Part shown: piece after piece, positions 1 to 12,644 of the stretch | Numbering within the stretch: the stretch's first letter is position 1 | Layout of the letters: the number at the start of each line of letters is the position of its first letter | Source of the DNA: Lama guanicoe | Taxonomy: Eukaryota | Reading direction: 5' to 3' | Assembly: GCA_013239625.1 (NCBI GenBank) | Contig: MU054212.1 | Coordinates: 5,428,270 to 5,492,269, forward strand | DNA: 64,000 bases | Translations under genes and position numbers: made by a program | The notes under the pieces: model-generated | What the model was told of the DNA's origin: nothing | Seen by the model: the letters and a program-made list of their open reading frames with translations, nothing else | Database searches by the model: none

Positions 1-20
1 AGAATAGTTCCAGTTAACTG

Positions 21-55
21 TGTTTTTTTTGTTTTTTGTTTTTTGTTTTTTTTTT
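21..55. repeat. T-rich simple repeat (GTTTTTT)n
   Basis: tgtttttttt gttttttgtt ttttgttttt ttttt read directly. Confidence 0.85.
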
Positions 56-139
56 CCTGTTCAGTGAAGAACGATTGTGATAATGACCTGATCATGGGTT
101 TGATGGAAAAGTGTGGGGCTGGGTGTTGTTCCTAGTCAA

Positions 140-158
140 CAGCGCCACCTTTTGTCTG
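140..158 (-). promoter_or_regulatory. Candidate CTCF motif
   Basis: Reverse complement CAGACAAAAGGTGGCGCTG matches the AGRKGGCGC half of the CTCF core; the 5' half is degenerate. Confidence 0.45.
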
Positions 159-1205
159 GAGATGTCGGGTCCTACTGAGCACAGCTGGCTTTCCCATGTG
201 GGAGCTTCATTGGGAGCTTAGGCAAATGCTGTAAATCCCATTTTCTCCTTCCCTTGACATCAGCAAAGTCAAAATTTATTTTTAAATAGCATAAACTGCT
301 TTTAGGACAAATAAACTTTAAAAATGCAACCAAGCACATGGAAAGAAACATCACAGCTTCAATATAGTTCCATTAGACCCGCTAAGCTCTCCCAGGTATA
401 TCCTTTTATCTAGCCTCCCCACATGGATCCAAAAGAGGCTGCAAATTTCATGGTTTTTACAGGAAAAATAAAAAGTATGCACTTTAGTTTGTTACAATCA
501 GAATGATTTAGAAAACCATGTCTCAAACCTTGTAGTTGGCTCCATCTGAATGTTACAATATGGGAAAAATGAAAGAGATCTAGAGGGGTGCGTAAAATCA
601 CAACCCCTTGAAGTCTGTGTGCCTTGCAAATGAATAGTTGGGTGAAGCAAATGTAGTCACTCTTCTGTGCTCTATTCAGATAAGTGAAATAACTGAAGCC
701 TTGAGCAATGAAAGAAATTATAAAGCAAAAGTCAGTTTGCTACTAAATTCATGAAGGAAGGTAATGAATAGCAATGTAGGTAAATGTGGAGGAGGTCACA
801 GCAGGAGTCTAAGTGGAAGTCTGGGGAAGCCTACACAGCAGGGACCTAGTTTCTGCAGAAGTCTGTCTTCAGAGGGGCTCCTAGAAGAAGTCGTCCTGAG
901 GTAAAATAAATCTAGGCGCCATGATCTTAAACCAGGCATGCATCCTAAACCACTGGCAATAGGACAGTTATGAAAATATGACTTCTGTCCTGAGATCTGC
1001 TTCGTCAAAAGCGAGAAGGCTATGACACGAAAACTCTGTAACACATTGGAAGATGGGCAGAACCACCTCTACAAAAACATCACATAGAAGGAGTGAGGTT
1101 TTCTGTCCAGATCTGCCACACACCACCGTGCAATATTGGAATTGCAGAAATCCTGTTCATTATTGACGATGGTGTCCGCCAAAGTATCTCCAGTGCTTCG
1201 AGAGA

Positions 1206-1311
1206 GAGCTTGGCCGAAGATACTTTTGGTGAATTTATTTGAAAAGCATCATAGTCGGAGCTTGGCCGAAGATACTTTTGGTGAATTTATTTGAAAAGCA
1301 TCATAGTCGGA
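1206..1311. repeat. Perfect 52-bp tandem duplication (2 copies)
   Basis: gagcttggccgaagatacttttggtgaatttatttgaaaagcatcatagtcg at 1206-1257 and 1258-1309, identical. Confidence 0.97.
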
Positions 1312-4300
1312 CTTCTGAAAATAGGTGGCAGCCAAAATGAGCAGCAGAAGGCACTCACAAGAAGGGGGGATTTGCAGGAGTGAGAGAAGGAGAGAGAGAG
1401 AATGCAATGTTAGGTACCATTGTTACCATAAACCCTCCATTTCCACTTGTGAGAAAGGTGTGAACACAGGAAGGCTCAATTCTGGAAAAAAAAATTGAGA
1501 TAAGGTTACCTATCACTGATATTTTACATTTCTCAAAGGACCTCAAATCACTTATCCATCCTTTTTGAGTTACCTGTACATAGTCAAAGTATTACAGAAA
1601 GTTAGGAGTTAATTTAAGATGGATCTTTCAAGCAGAAATGGATTTTTTTCCCCTTAGAAACGACTTACCTTGCCTGTGAAGTGAACCAAAATTCACTGGA
1701 GAATTATACAACCCTCCATTTAGTTTTGGTTAGATAAGTAAACTTTGACATTATTAAGAGTGATTTTTTTTTCACTGCCTGAAGGCATGAAAGGGAATAA
1801 ATGACCTCTTGAAATCCCTTCCTATCTGTGATTCTATTTGTTACACTGATTAAAACTTTCTAAAGAAAGAAGTTCCAATTAGGGCTAACAGTTTCATGGC
1901 AAAACCCTGCCCAAGTCCCAAAGTCACTGATTCCAAAGGACTAAATCTCAGTGCTAGTATTCCCATGTCCACTACAGAAATCAAAATTGTGCCAAGTACA
2001 AAATTGTCCCGAATGCTATTTCAATGGCGAACAAGTGGCTTTTCTTCCAGAATAGAACTGCTTCCATAAATTTCAGTCATTGCAGTTCAATTTTTAAAAA
2101 CCATTGGCTGCAGCAACCCACTGATCAATGCAAAAATAAAGGCAGAATAATAGGTTGCTATTAAAAGTGTATAAATTAATCATCAGGTAGAAATATTCGT
2201 GAGTTTTTCGTAATTTATATTTCTCTTTAATCTTTCACAATCTGCATTACAGCCTCATTAAAAAGTTCTCAAAACCAGTACTCATACTGCTATATTTTCT
2301 TAGTTTCCCTCTTATTAGAACCCTGACACCTAGCAAATTATCCTCATTGTAAATAATACTTTAAAGATACCTGCTTTTCAAAGATGCTGTGAATGAGAAA
2401 TGAGAATGTTATTTTAAGGGAACATTCCTCAAGTTTCCCAAAGAATAGACCGTTTTCAAGCTACCAGCAACATCAATTATGACTTGGAGGATTTCATTTA
2501 CTTATTTTTTTTTTTTTACAGCTGATATCTGAACAAGCACCTCTCAGCACAGTTGCTTGTGTTGCAGACTTACCGTGAGTGAGTCTTGCAGCAACACACA
2601 ACGACCTTTCTGAGACAGCACAGTTACAGCCGTTCAGTTCACAAAAGCACCATCTGCTTTGTTAACCAGGCACTAGGTAGACATCTCCAGTGGATCCCTT
2701 TGCCCTTCGCTCCCTGCCAAAGTGAATTCCGGAAGAACAGGCCATTTCACGTAGGGATTCAGCTTTTCGTTCAAAGCTGCTGCCCCTTGTTCTCCTTTGC
2801 ATTTTAATCATACGCTTAAAGTGAAATAGAGTCAGGGAAAAAATCATCCAAGACAGAAGGCAAATGCTTAGTTTCTAAGGTCTTTGCTTAACTATGCCAC
2901 TGCCTATTCAACTGTTACAGAACTGGAGAGAAGTTAAGTACGCGAACTCTTTCTGCTCGGAGCAGGACCCTAAAGATTAAGAACGTTAAAGTCAGTTCTG
3001 AATAAGTCCTTATACTAGGGAAGCAAGTGTTAAAAAACCAGCCCTTCAGTGCCTGTCACCTAAAACTCAAAACTAATCAAGATGCTAATTAGAAAACACT
3101 ATGATAAATGAACAACTTAAAAAGGTCCATGAAAGGGAAAGACTGTGGTTCAAAAGAAACAAAAACTTGGCCCTTCCTTTCCCCCCTGTTATCAGGGTAC
3201 GTTGACACTTATTGACTCTTCCTATACAATAATCTCTTTGTTGCTTTGTGAATTCCTAGATCAAGAGGAGAAAAAAACTCAAGATTAAAATCCTATCAAA
3301 ATATATCCTATAATGTGACTGTTCCAGAAATATACTGGCTTTTGCAACCAAAAAGCCATAATAAGAAGTTTTATTACTACCTTGCAAATAAATTCAAAGA
3401 ATATCACTGGTCACATTGAAATCAGTATTTACCAAATTTGCTAATTATTTGATTAATTTGTTTTTAAACCTACGCTATTAGCTTCTAGCATTAAAAATAA
3501 TTCTTTCTGTTTGTATAGCAAAAATACAACTTTATACCAATATTACAGTAACTCTAATGTCCCTTTGCTGTTTTTTTCCCCTTATTTGCATTGATTTCAA
3601 CTGCAGAAAAAAAATAGGGAGGGTCCCCCTTCCTTTTGGCTGGCACCAGTCTATTCAATTATTAGCTGTGAATAGTAAACTACTCATTAGGAACAGAGCT
3701 ATATATGTAATGTGAGAGGTAAAGTTTCAGTTAAAGAAGAAGTTGTCAGAATTTAGTGACATTACAGAAATTAAAATTCAACGGTTCCTTTCTAAGTTCT
3801 TAAAATGACACATGCCAAATCTTTACATATTACATACATTCCTTCCTATTTTACCAACCTTCTGCTAAATCCAGCAAATAAATATTAAAAGCATTTATCA
3901 TATTTCTTCTTTGGGTATTTGCTCAAAGATATGAGCTGCCGCTTTGAAGTACCCTCCTCTTGTCATAAATTCCAAAGCATTCACGGTCTTTGTTCAGAAC
4001 ATCTGCTAAGAAATTTTCCTTCTCTGTCATGAAGAAGGGTCTGCAACAAAGACAGACGTGAATCATTTTGGAAGGTAAATAAGGGATTATTCACTTACAA
4101 TTAGATTAAAAGAAAGGCAAGTCATTTGAAGTAAATGGGAACTCATTTTTTTTTTTAATGCAGGGGAGCTAAGAGCTTGAAAAATCATTATAGCTTATTT
4201 TACATTGGAGAATTGGGAGGTCAAGCCATTAACTTTGTGAATTTGTGGAGGTTTCCCAGAAGCTTACTCAAATCCACTCCTAGGCCAGTCATAAACTTAT

Positions 4301-5877
4301 TCAACTTATTAGCATAATAACATAAATGACCATTTGCAAAATGAAGACTGACAAGAGTTTCTAAACACTGCTCGTGGAAGCTCAGGGTCACCTTGAAAAA
4401 TGATAAAATGATAAACAGGCATCTAGACTAGCACCAAACTGGGCAAAAGACAAGTGAGTCTTTTATTCTGCTATAAAAGGTGACTAGCCTTAACTCTCTG
4501 CATGAGCTTATTTTTACCGTAATCACTAGAACTAGAAACTAGTAGACACTACAAGCAATAAAAAATGGATATAGGTTGAAAAGAAAAGAAAAAACACCAA
4601 ATATTTTTATTAAATATTCGAAAGTACTTAGTAAATAAGTTTTAAATTGCTTTATGTTGCCTGGCAATTAACAGGAAAAAAAAATGAGATAGTGACTGCT
4701 GGATTTTAAACAATATATTTCTTTATTTACTCTGAGCTAGATCATAGCTGTATTTAATTCAAGGGGAAAAAAATGATGAAAACATTTAGCCATGACAACT
4801 CTTGGCATCCTCAACAATTTTGAGGCAAAATTCATAGTTTGTATAGTTTGTGTATATGGTCCATTTATGATTTTTCCTGCAGCCAAGCATCCAGTATGTA
4901 AGGAAAGATATTACTTCACCAGTGCCTAAGAAATGCCTGGAGAGAATGATAAACATCAAAAGCCCTGTGTACTACTTGGCAGACCACAGAATCCAAGAGG
5001 ACTGATTTACCATAGACAAGCAGGGCGTATATTCAAGGCTTCAGATGAGAAAATGCTGGCAGATAATTATTTAAATTGTATGGATTATGCAGAGATATAT
5101 TCAAGGAGCCCAGATTCTGATTTTAGTTCCACTACTCACTTCACATAGTTGTAGTCAGGATTAAATTAGGTAATACAGGTGAGGTTCCTACAGCCTGTTG
5201 CTACAAATAAGAAGATTCTCTCGTGTCCTGTTCAACTGCTTGATACTGAGAGCATACACTGTGCCAGGTTCTACAGAGGACATCACAAAACCACACGGCA
5301 TAACTTCTGCCCTTCAGGGGCTTACAGTAAAGAGAGGCCGTTAAGAAACAAATGGCTAAGTTACATTTTGGGTAGATAAAATGTGTAGTTCAGAGAAAAG
5401 AGTGATCAGGGAAACCAGGAAAAGAATCATAACGTCAGAAAATGTTCTCACTGGAAGAAAGCTTAGAATTATCACTGGGGACACCCACCGATGTAGAATC
5501 CCTCTTAGGTCGTCTGTTATTTCCTACCTGGTGAAGATCTCTAGCTTTATTTTTCAGTCCAAATCTTCCTTTTGGGTCCTCCCACCACTAGATCCAGTTT
5601 TGTCTTCTGGGAAGGCTTCAAAATTTAGATATTTTGATGTTCAGAGATTTTTCTGAAGAATAAAGTTTGAAATAAATACATTAACAAATAAAGAAAATTA
5701 GGAAGAACATGGTATTCTTTCTATCAACAGATACGGTTCAACATTGTTTTGTTGCATCGTTAAGAGATTTATTATCTATATGCCCATCCTCTAAGTCTGT
5801 GGCGAAGTTAATCCTTCACTAATTATTTGGCTTGATTACATCCTGAAAAGCCCTTACTAAGGACACATGACTGACAG

Positions 5878-5995
5878 ATTCATTCACTTATTCATTTATC
5901 CAACAAGTATGTATCGAATGCTTCTGTGTGCCAAGCAATGTTACAGGCGCTGAGGATGAAGCAGTGAGCACAACAAATAAAAATCCTGCTGTTGT
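5878..5995 (-). mobile_element. L2 3' end fragment
   Basis: cattcacttattcatttatccaacaagtatgtatcgaatgcttctgtgtgccaagc resembles the reverse complement of the L2 tail. Confidence 0.75.
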
Positions 5996-7364
5996 CAATT
6001 GATCACTCAGAAATGATGTTAACAAACACGAGAGTGATTTTGTTTATCCTCTATTTGTTTGACTCTCTTCCCAATACGTGAAGAAATATTTTAAAAATCC
6101 ACGCCTAAATAAACCAGAAGACCTCACAGAGTACACATACAGACTGCGTTGCTAATCATGAATTCCCGAAGCCTATGGGGGACTCAGGTAATTTGTATTC
6201 TAATTCCAAATACATGAAGAGCCTTAGAGTGTCAAGAAAATTGTACTCTTTGAAGATGATCTAATTGAAGATGTACAGTGCAGCCAAATGTGCTCAGATT
6301 GCTGTAAACTCTTTTCTCTTACCAATTCCTGAAAATGAGGCTATCCTTTGCTTTGACACTTGCTTTATATTACAGTGATATATCTTAAAGAATTGATCTT
6401 GGCTAAGTAGGAAAAATGCTAAACCCTTTGTTTTTTTGCTTATATACACCATGGAAAGTATCCTGGCTGCTGTCATTAAAATTGCTGGGCTAATAGTAAA
6501 AACTGAAGAGTTTGACTATTTCAAACAGACCTGTATAAATAATTGAGAGTTCTGAATGCTGAGCCACTTTTCCAAATCACACAAAATCCTTGAAACTTTA
6601 CCGTTCTTCTGATATGCATCATAAGAGCGGAACCTGGCACTTTTCGTCAAGTAAATCAGGCTGAGAGTTTTGACATTTCTGCAATTTATTACTTTTTTGC
6701 TCTTAGTGTCATTGAAAATAGCTCCTAGAGACACAGATTTGCCCCATATGAGTCGCAAAAAAAGTTCAAAGTAATACCTTGTGAACTGTTTTCTGCGCTA
6801 AGCCTGGATGAGATGACAGCAGCGTACGAAGAGGAAACACCCTGCTTGTCCTCTTGTCAAATTCTGATACTGCTTTCCTAGTTGGGGGGAAGAAGAAAGA
6901 TCCTTTATTTATTTACACTCTTCCCAGCACAGCATCGCCCTTTAATTCTTCCCAATCCTTTTCATAATAATTTGGTCATCAGCCATGTCATGAGGCCAAC
7001 CACTTAGCATACGAAAATACTATTTCACCATCCTGTGAAGAAGCGGCATGTAAACCATCCATGGAGAGCCCAGAATTGCTCTCCATGGAATACAGAGGAA
7101 GAGGAGAGAGAACATTCACATTTTTCCAGCTTCTTTTCATTCTAGTCCCCGGTGACCCTTCTTCCTAGACTGGGTCTGTCTCTGCTTAATTACTCGCGTT
7201 GTACTCTCTGTATAGGTTTAATCTACTCCTATTAGCAATACCAAACAGTCGCTTTTCCTCTTTTCCTCCAGGAGTCTACGTACATAATTTTTTTTTTCCC
7301 ACTCAATGTTGTAAGTAGTCCCCTGGCTTCTCATTCATTAAAGCTGCTCTGTAATCTTATCGGT

Positions 7365-7495
7365 GTTCCTAGCCAAGCAAATCACTGAAGCTGTTTCTTT
7401 GTCTATAACTAGGAACACGATTCTGAGGTCATAGAGTTGTTTGAAGGATCACGTTGATGAGGACACGTCAAGTGCTCGCACTGCGCGGTGCCAAG
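7365..7495 (+). mobile_element. MIR SINE fragment
   Basis: gctgtttctttgtctataactagg...catagagttgtttgaaggatcacgttgatg...aagtgctcgcac is a degenerate MIR core. Confidence 0.55.
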
Positions 7496-7854
7496 CTGGC
7501 AAGAAAGGAGCTCTTATGTTTAATCTGTCACTTAACTTTCTCTTATTTACCTGTTGTCCACAACCCACACCATTCTTCCCATCCATCACTTAAATGCTCA
7601 TGTGTTGTTCTGCTTTCAGTAGATTCGTTTTGATTCATTATTCTGCTGATCATTTATTGCCTGTGAATTTATGGTTACATCTGCTCATTGTAATTAACAT
7701 TTATATGAGGTTTTTTTCCCTAAACAATAACATCAATACAGAAATTCACAATATAAATTTAATACTTTTATCAGAAAGTACTTACTCCTTCCTCTATGCT
7801 ATCCTAATCTTTTTGTAATTATAAATATTGTTCTTGTCAGCATCTGCATCATGT

Positions 7855-7965
7855 ATGTGTGTGCTTGTGTGTATCTGTAACATGTATATACATAAACCTG
7901 TGTGTGTGTGTTAGTGTGTGTATAGAGAGAAGGAGACAGACTGAGACAGACACAAAAAGAGAGAG
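7855..7965. repeat. Degenerate (TG)n/(GA)n microsatellite cluster
   Basis: tgtgtgtg and gagaga runs read directly. Confidence 0.7.
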
Positions 7966-8269
7966 AATATTAATTTTTGAAAATAAAAATGAAACTCTAT
8001 CATTATGGCAGCAATGAGACCCAACAGGGTGTTATACATGGTAGCATATATTTTAAAATGTTTGCTGAATTAAATTCAGGGGCAGAATTTACAAGCCGCA
8101 ACAGATTAGGATGTGATGGAAGTGGTGAGTCATAGCACTTCTAGAAAGATACAGATCTTGCTACATTTATCCAAGTGGCAATTCCATTCTTTGAACAACT
8201 TGCACTGGTTCCTTGTCTAACTCCTGCTCTCTCTGCTGCATAGACCCGATAGACAACGTCTCTTTGCCG

Positions 8270-8385
8270 TGACTATAAATTCCTAAGAGGCAGAAAGAGA
8301 TGACTTGTTTCCTTCTTTTTCTTTGCAATCCCCCAACGTGTCTAGCTCTCTGAACAACTGGGCACTCAATAAAAGTTATTAATTG
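8270..8385 (+). mobile_element. L2 3' end fragment
   Basis: gactataaattcctaagaggcag...ggcactcaataaaagttattaattg. Confidence 0.6.
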
Positions 8386-10920
8386 TCACATTCACCTAAC
8401 CGAAGTCTCTCATATTCCCCAGATCTTGAAAAGTTCTGCCTATGAAAACACAGGACCAACACCAACGGGGAATTGGCATGGGGGGGAGCACGGTTCCACT
8501 TCGCCAGTTGGCCAAGTACTGCTGTCAGATTTTCCAGGAGGAAAATATTTTGGTTGTGTTAATGAAATCATATTAATTATGTTAATTCACTTAGAGATGC
8601 CTGTCCAAGTCAATTTGATTGCTATCACAGAAAATTGTTTATGAAGGCACATGACAAATATTTCCCTAAAATGAGTTGAGAACACAAAGTTGTGTTCTTT
8701 CTTTATCCGCATAACACACATTCATGTTGCCAAGATGTCAGACTTCATAACAACCCATTTACAATAATTCTGCCCATGCATAAGTTTGTGTTATTTTTAA
8801 CAACTCTCTGTGTTTTGAAGTGCTCCCTTCCTAACCACATTTGTCATTTCTTGGCATCTCTAACCATCTTTTGGCATCAAATAGACCCAGCAGAGCTTCC
8901 CTAGTCATCAATAATGAACCAAGAGTGAAGTAAAGAGCTTTGGTACTATAGGGACTAGAGGTTAGATCTCCTGATGCACAGGAGGAAAAAATCAATCATT
9001 GGCCACATAAAGAAAGCCCAGCCTAATTTGGCCTTTCATACTATTTGAATTATAGTTTGTTTCTGAAAAAAAAAAAAAAGAGAGAGAGAAATACTCTAAT
9101 TAAAATAAATAATATAGGACGAGCATGTTTATTAAAAATGCAATACTTTACTTAATAATTTAGTTTTACATTATAGGCCAATTACTGGAGAGTTACAGAG
9201 GAAAACAGAGACAGTAAGGGGGATAAGCAAAATTTTTTTAAAGGCAGAGCAAAAAAGAAAAGAGACTCAGGGGAATATTGATACAAACAAAATGTTGTCA
9301 TAGAACAGTTTTATTTTGCAGTCTATAGGAAAATTCTTCCCAAAGCTTTTAGAACTTTTTGTGGAAAAAAAGGAAATTCTAACATTTAGCATGTGAGCCG
9401 TTGGTATAAGAAACAGTGAGCCATATTCAGAAACTGAATGTTGAAACGGCAAACGATTTTAGCATTTTCATAGGGCTAATTGCATTATTAAGTTATAATG
9501 GCAAATGCTAACACTTGATTAGAGCAGCAATAGGTTAATTATTGTGCTTATGATAATAGATCAATCAGGACAAGGACGAGAATGCAATTGAGGAAAGAGT
9601 ACAAAATTGATTAAAAGTAGGTGTCAAGAGTTACTGAAAATTAAAAGCAAAGAAAATTCAATTAGAATAAGGAAGGAGAAAAGTAGATGTAACCATTAAT
9701 GTTTAACCCAAATCCTACAAGGTTCTACAACAAAGAAAAGTTAAAAATAAGATGCACGGTGTGGCAGAGATGATTCTTAAATATCCATCAAAGAGCTTGT
9801 ATCCTGGAAATAGGAAGTAAGAATTCTTGAGAGGAAGGCAATGTGAAAGCAGGAACACTTAGACACTTTTATTGTGTTTTGTGTAAAGGGGTCAATTCCA
9901 TTGAAACCACCACTGAACAGGTGTCCCACTTCTCCATGACTCTACCTGGCCAATAAATGATCCTCTGAGAAGATTCTTCAGAATTGACACTGCATCAGAA
10001 AAAAATTTAAGGTAATATATTGACATGATGGTTAGGACTGTGAAGAAAAGTCATTAGAAGGAGTATGAAAACAAGATGATGAGAATCAGAAAAAATATAG
10101 GCAGAAGAGACGCATTTCAGGCAAGGCGTGCATCCACTTCTCCCATCTGCCAGAGTTCCTCTCATTCACTTTTATTTCTCTGTACTACAAAACTTGTAAA
10201 AAAGTGAAAACAAAAACTATGGAAGATATTTAGAAAGAAATCTGGGCTGAATTGACTTAAATAGTATCTTACACCGTGTGAGAACACTTTGTTAATTTAT
10301 AATTACATACATTTAATCACGTTGTCTAGAGAGAGCTTTTAACTTTAAAGTAAAATTTTAAACATCAGTAAGATTGATATTCAAATTATGTAAATTTAAC
10401 ACAAGGTCCTCAGAGTCTGTTCTCAAAGTTAACCATCCAAAATATCTGATACAATTCTTCGTTTTCTAACTATAATCAACAGCTGTGACCAAGCAATAGC
10501 AAAGATTAAAACAAAACAAAACAAAACAAAAAAGTGTGTTCGTATAAATGTCAGGTTTGTATACATTTAATGCATTTAACTATTTATATATTTCAGACAT
10601 GCTTCACGACAGTGTTTTCATAAGTGTTTCTAGTTAAAGAAAGCATTCTGATTAAAAATTAATTTTAATTTTAATTTTTTTAATTGGAAAAAAATTCTGA
10701 TCTATTAGTTGGAAATCAAATGTCTCTTTTGCATGAATTCAACCATTGCATCTCTCTTTTAGACGGTGGATCACTCCGGAACAGCTGATATCTTCTGAAA
10801 TTATTGAGAAATAATCATTTAACTTATAAAATAGTAATAATTTTCTGTGAGAAATATAATTTATGCTCATTTTAAATATTCTAGGATATGGCTGTGAAAA
10901 AAATTATATAATTAATTTAA

Positions 10921-11145
10921 ATGTCACTTCATCCTCCCACTTGACCAAGATGGCCTTAACAGGACACTCAGTTTGACTAACTCATAGACAGGTTGCTTCC
11001 TGACTCTAGGCCAATGACCTCCCTTTGCTTAGAGCATTTACTTTAGAAAGCTTGCAAGTGTAAATTCTTCCGCCCCTTTGAGATGTAAATATTCTCCCAG
11101 CTTCTTGCCAGTTTTACAACTCCAGAATGTCTTTCTCAAGGACCT
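10921..11145 (+). mobile_element. ERV1 LTR fragment, MER39-like
   Basis: cttcctgactctaggcc...cttagagcatttactttagaaagcttgc...cccctttgagatgtaaat...ccagttttacaactccagaatgtctttctcaaggacct. Confidence 0.7.
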
Positions 11146-11149
11146 CTAA

Positions 11150-11470
11150 GGTCTGGAAAAACTGGCAGAACAGGCCTTCAGATAGTTAGCTATTTTCAGG
11201 AGACGATTTTATGAGCACAAACTCTTGCATCTCCTCATATCTAGAAAAGCACTAAAATCATTAACAGTGACATCTGCTTCTCGTGACTAGCAGGTCTCTG
11301 CCTAAAAGTGTGCTTAACTGCATGTACCCTGCTTCACTAAAATCATACGTAATACTGGGGTTTCCCCCTGCCTCTTCAGAGCAGTTCCTCAGAGCTATCT
11401 GAGATGCTGTATCCTGGGCCATAGTCCTCATTTTGCCCCAAGTAAAACTTAAGCCACAACTCTCAATCAG
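11150..11470 (+). mobile_element. Artiodactyl-type ERV1 LTR, 3' part
   Basis: ctcttgcatctcctcatatctagaaaagcactaaaatcattaac...gagcagttcctcagagctatctgagatgctg...cacaactctca shares blocks with the LTR at 63082-63614. Confidence 0.75.
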
Positions 11471-11489
11471 TTTGAATTGATTTTGCACC

Positions 11490-12640
11490 TTTATCAAAAA
11501 TCAGGCCTTTTCGTGTGGGTCTATTTTGGGTGCTCTCTATCACAGTTTTGATTACTGTAGCTGTAAGGTAAGGCTTTGTTATCATACAGAGTGACTTCTC
11601 CCATTATATTCTTCTTTATAAAGACTGTTTAACTATTCTAGGGCCTGTGCGTTTCCATATAAATTGTAGAATAAGTTTTTCAGTGTCTACAAAAATCCTT
11701 GCTGGTGTTTGGGTAGGAAGTACATGAAATCTATAGACCTATTTGGGGAGGATTGACATCTCTACTATGTTGAGTTTTTCAGTCCATAAGTCCGTATGTC
11801 TTTATTTAGGTCTTCTTTGACCTTTTTTACATCAGCATTTTGTAATTAACAGCATGCAAATCCTGTACTTGTTCTGCTGAGTTTATGCCTAAATATTGCA
11901 TTTTCTTGGGGCACTTGTAAATGGCATTGTGTTGTTAATTTTCGTCTCCACGTGTTCATTGTTAGTATATAGAAATGTGATGGGTTTGTCTGCATCCCAC
12001 CTTGCTAACTCACTTAGTGGTTCTAGGAGTCTTCTACAGACTCCTTGGGGTTTTCAGTGTAGACAGTCATAGCATTGTCGACTGAAATGAATGCGCAGCC
12101 TACAAGTTGAGAGTTTTGTTTTATTTAGCAGGAGGACTCGAGCCGGGATGACAGCTCCGAAGACAAAGGGGAGGAGCAAGGATATACAGGAGTTTTAACA
12201 GCAAAGACCAGGTAGTTGGAACATTAAAAGATTACTTGTTAACTAAAGAAAACCAGGCATCTCAAGTTAAAGAATTCAGTGCTTTTCTATGTATGAGAGG
12301 AAGCGAACATTTGGGCTCATTGAATTCATTCCTTTGACAAGCACCTAGCTATCTAGGGCCAGTATCCTGTCCTTTCTTATTCTGAGTCCCCTCAGGGTGG
12401 GTGCACCTTTGTGAGTGGCTGCAGAGGCTGGGCTGCAGGCTTGTCTTCACTAAGGGGTGGCGGCAGCCGCTGATGACTTGATGGCTTCAGCATTCGTTGT
12501 TTAGTGATGTGGTTTGCAGTATTTTTCGTTTGCATCATCTACCAATGGGACAGTTCACTTTTTCTTTTCCACTCTGTTTGCTTTGTATTTCTTTTTCTTG
12601 CCTATTCAGTAGCTAGAAGTTCCACTACTATATTGAATAA
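11490..12640 (-). mobile_element. L1M ORF2 fragment, interrupted by the LTR at 12076-12534
   Basis: ttccatataaattgtagaataag, gaaatctatagacctatttggggaggattgacatc and tagctagaagttccactactatattgaataaa are typical antisense L1 ORF2 segments. Confidence 0.85.
12076..12534 (-). mobile_element. ERV1 solo LTR nested in L1
   Basis: TG...CA ends; degenerate 4-bp TSD gcat/tcat; homologous in reverse to 63082-63614 (aaagaccaggtagt, agggccagtatcctgt, ctgagtcccctc); L1 sequence continues across it. Confidence 0.88.
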
Positions 12641-12644
12641 AAGT

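Noticed and set aside
1206..1311. Direct repeats as a possible CRISPR-like array
   Set aside because: Two adjacent copies with no spacer, in mammalian DNA
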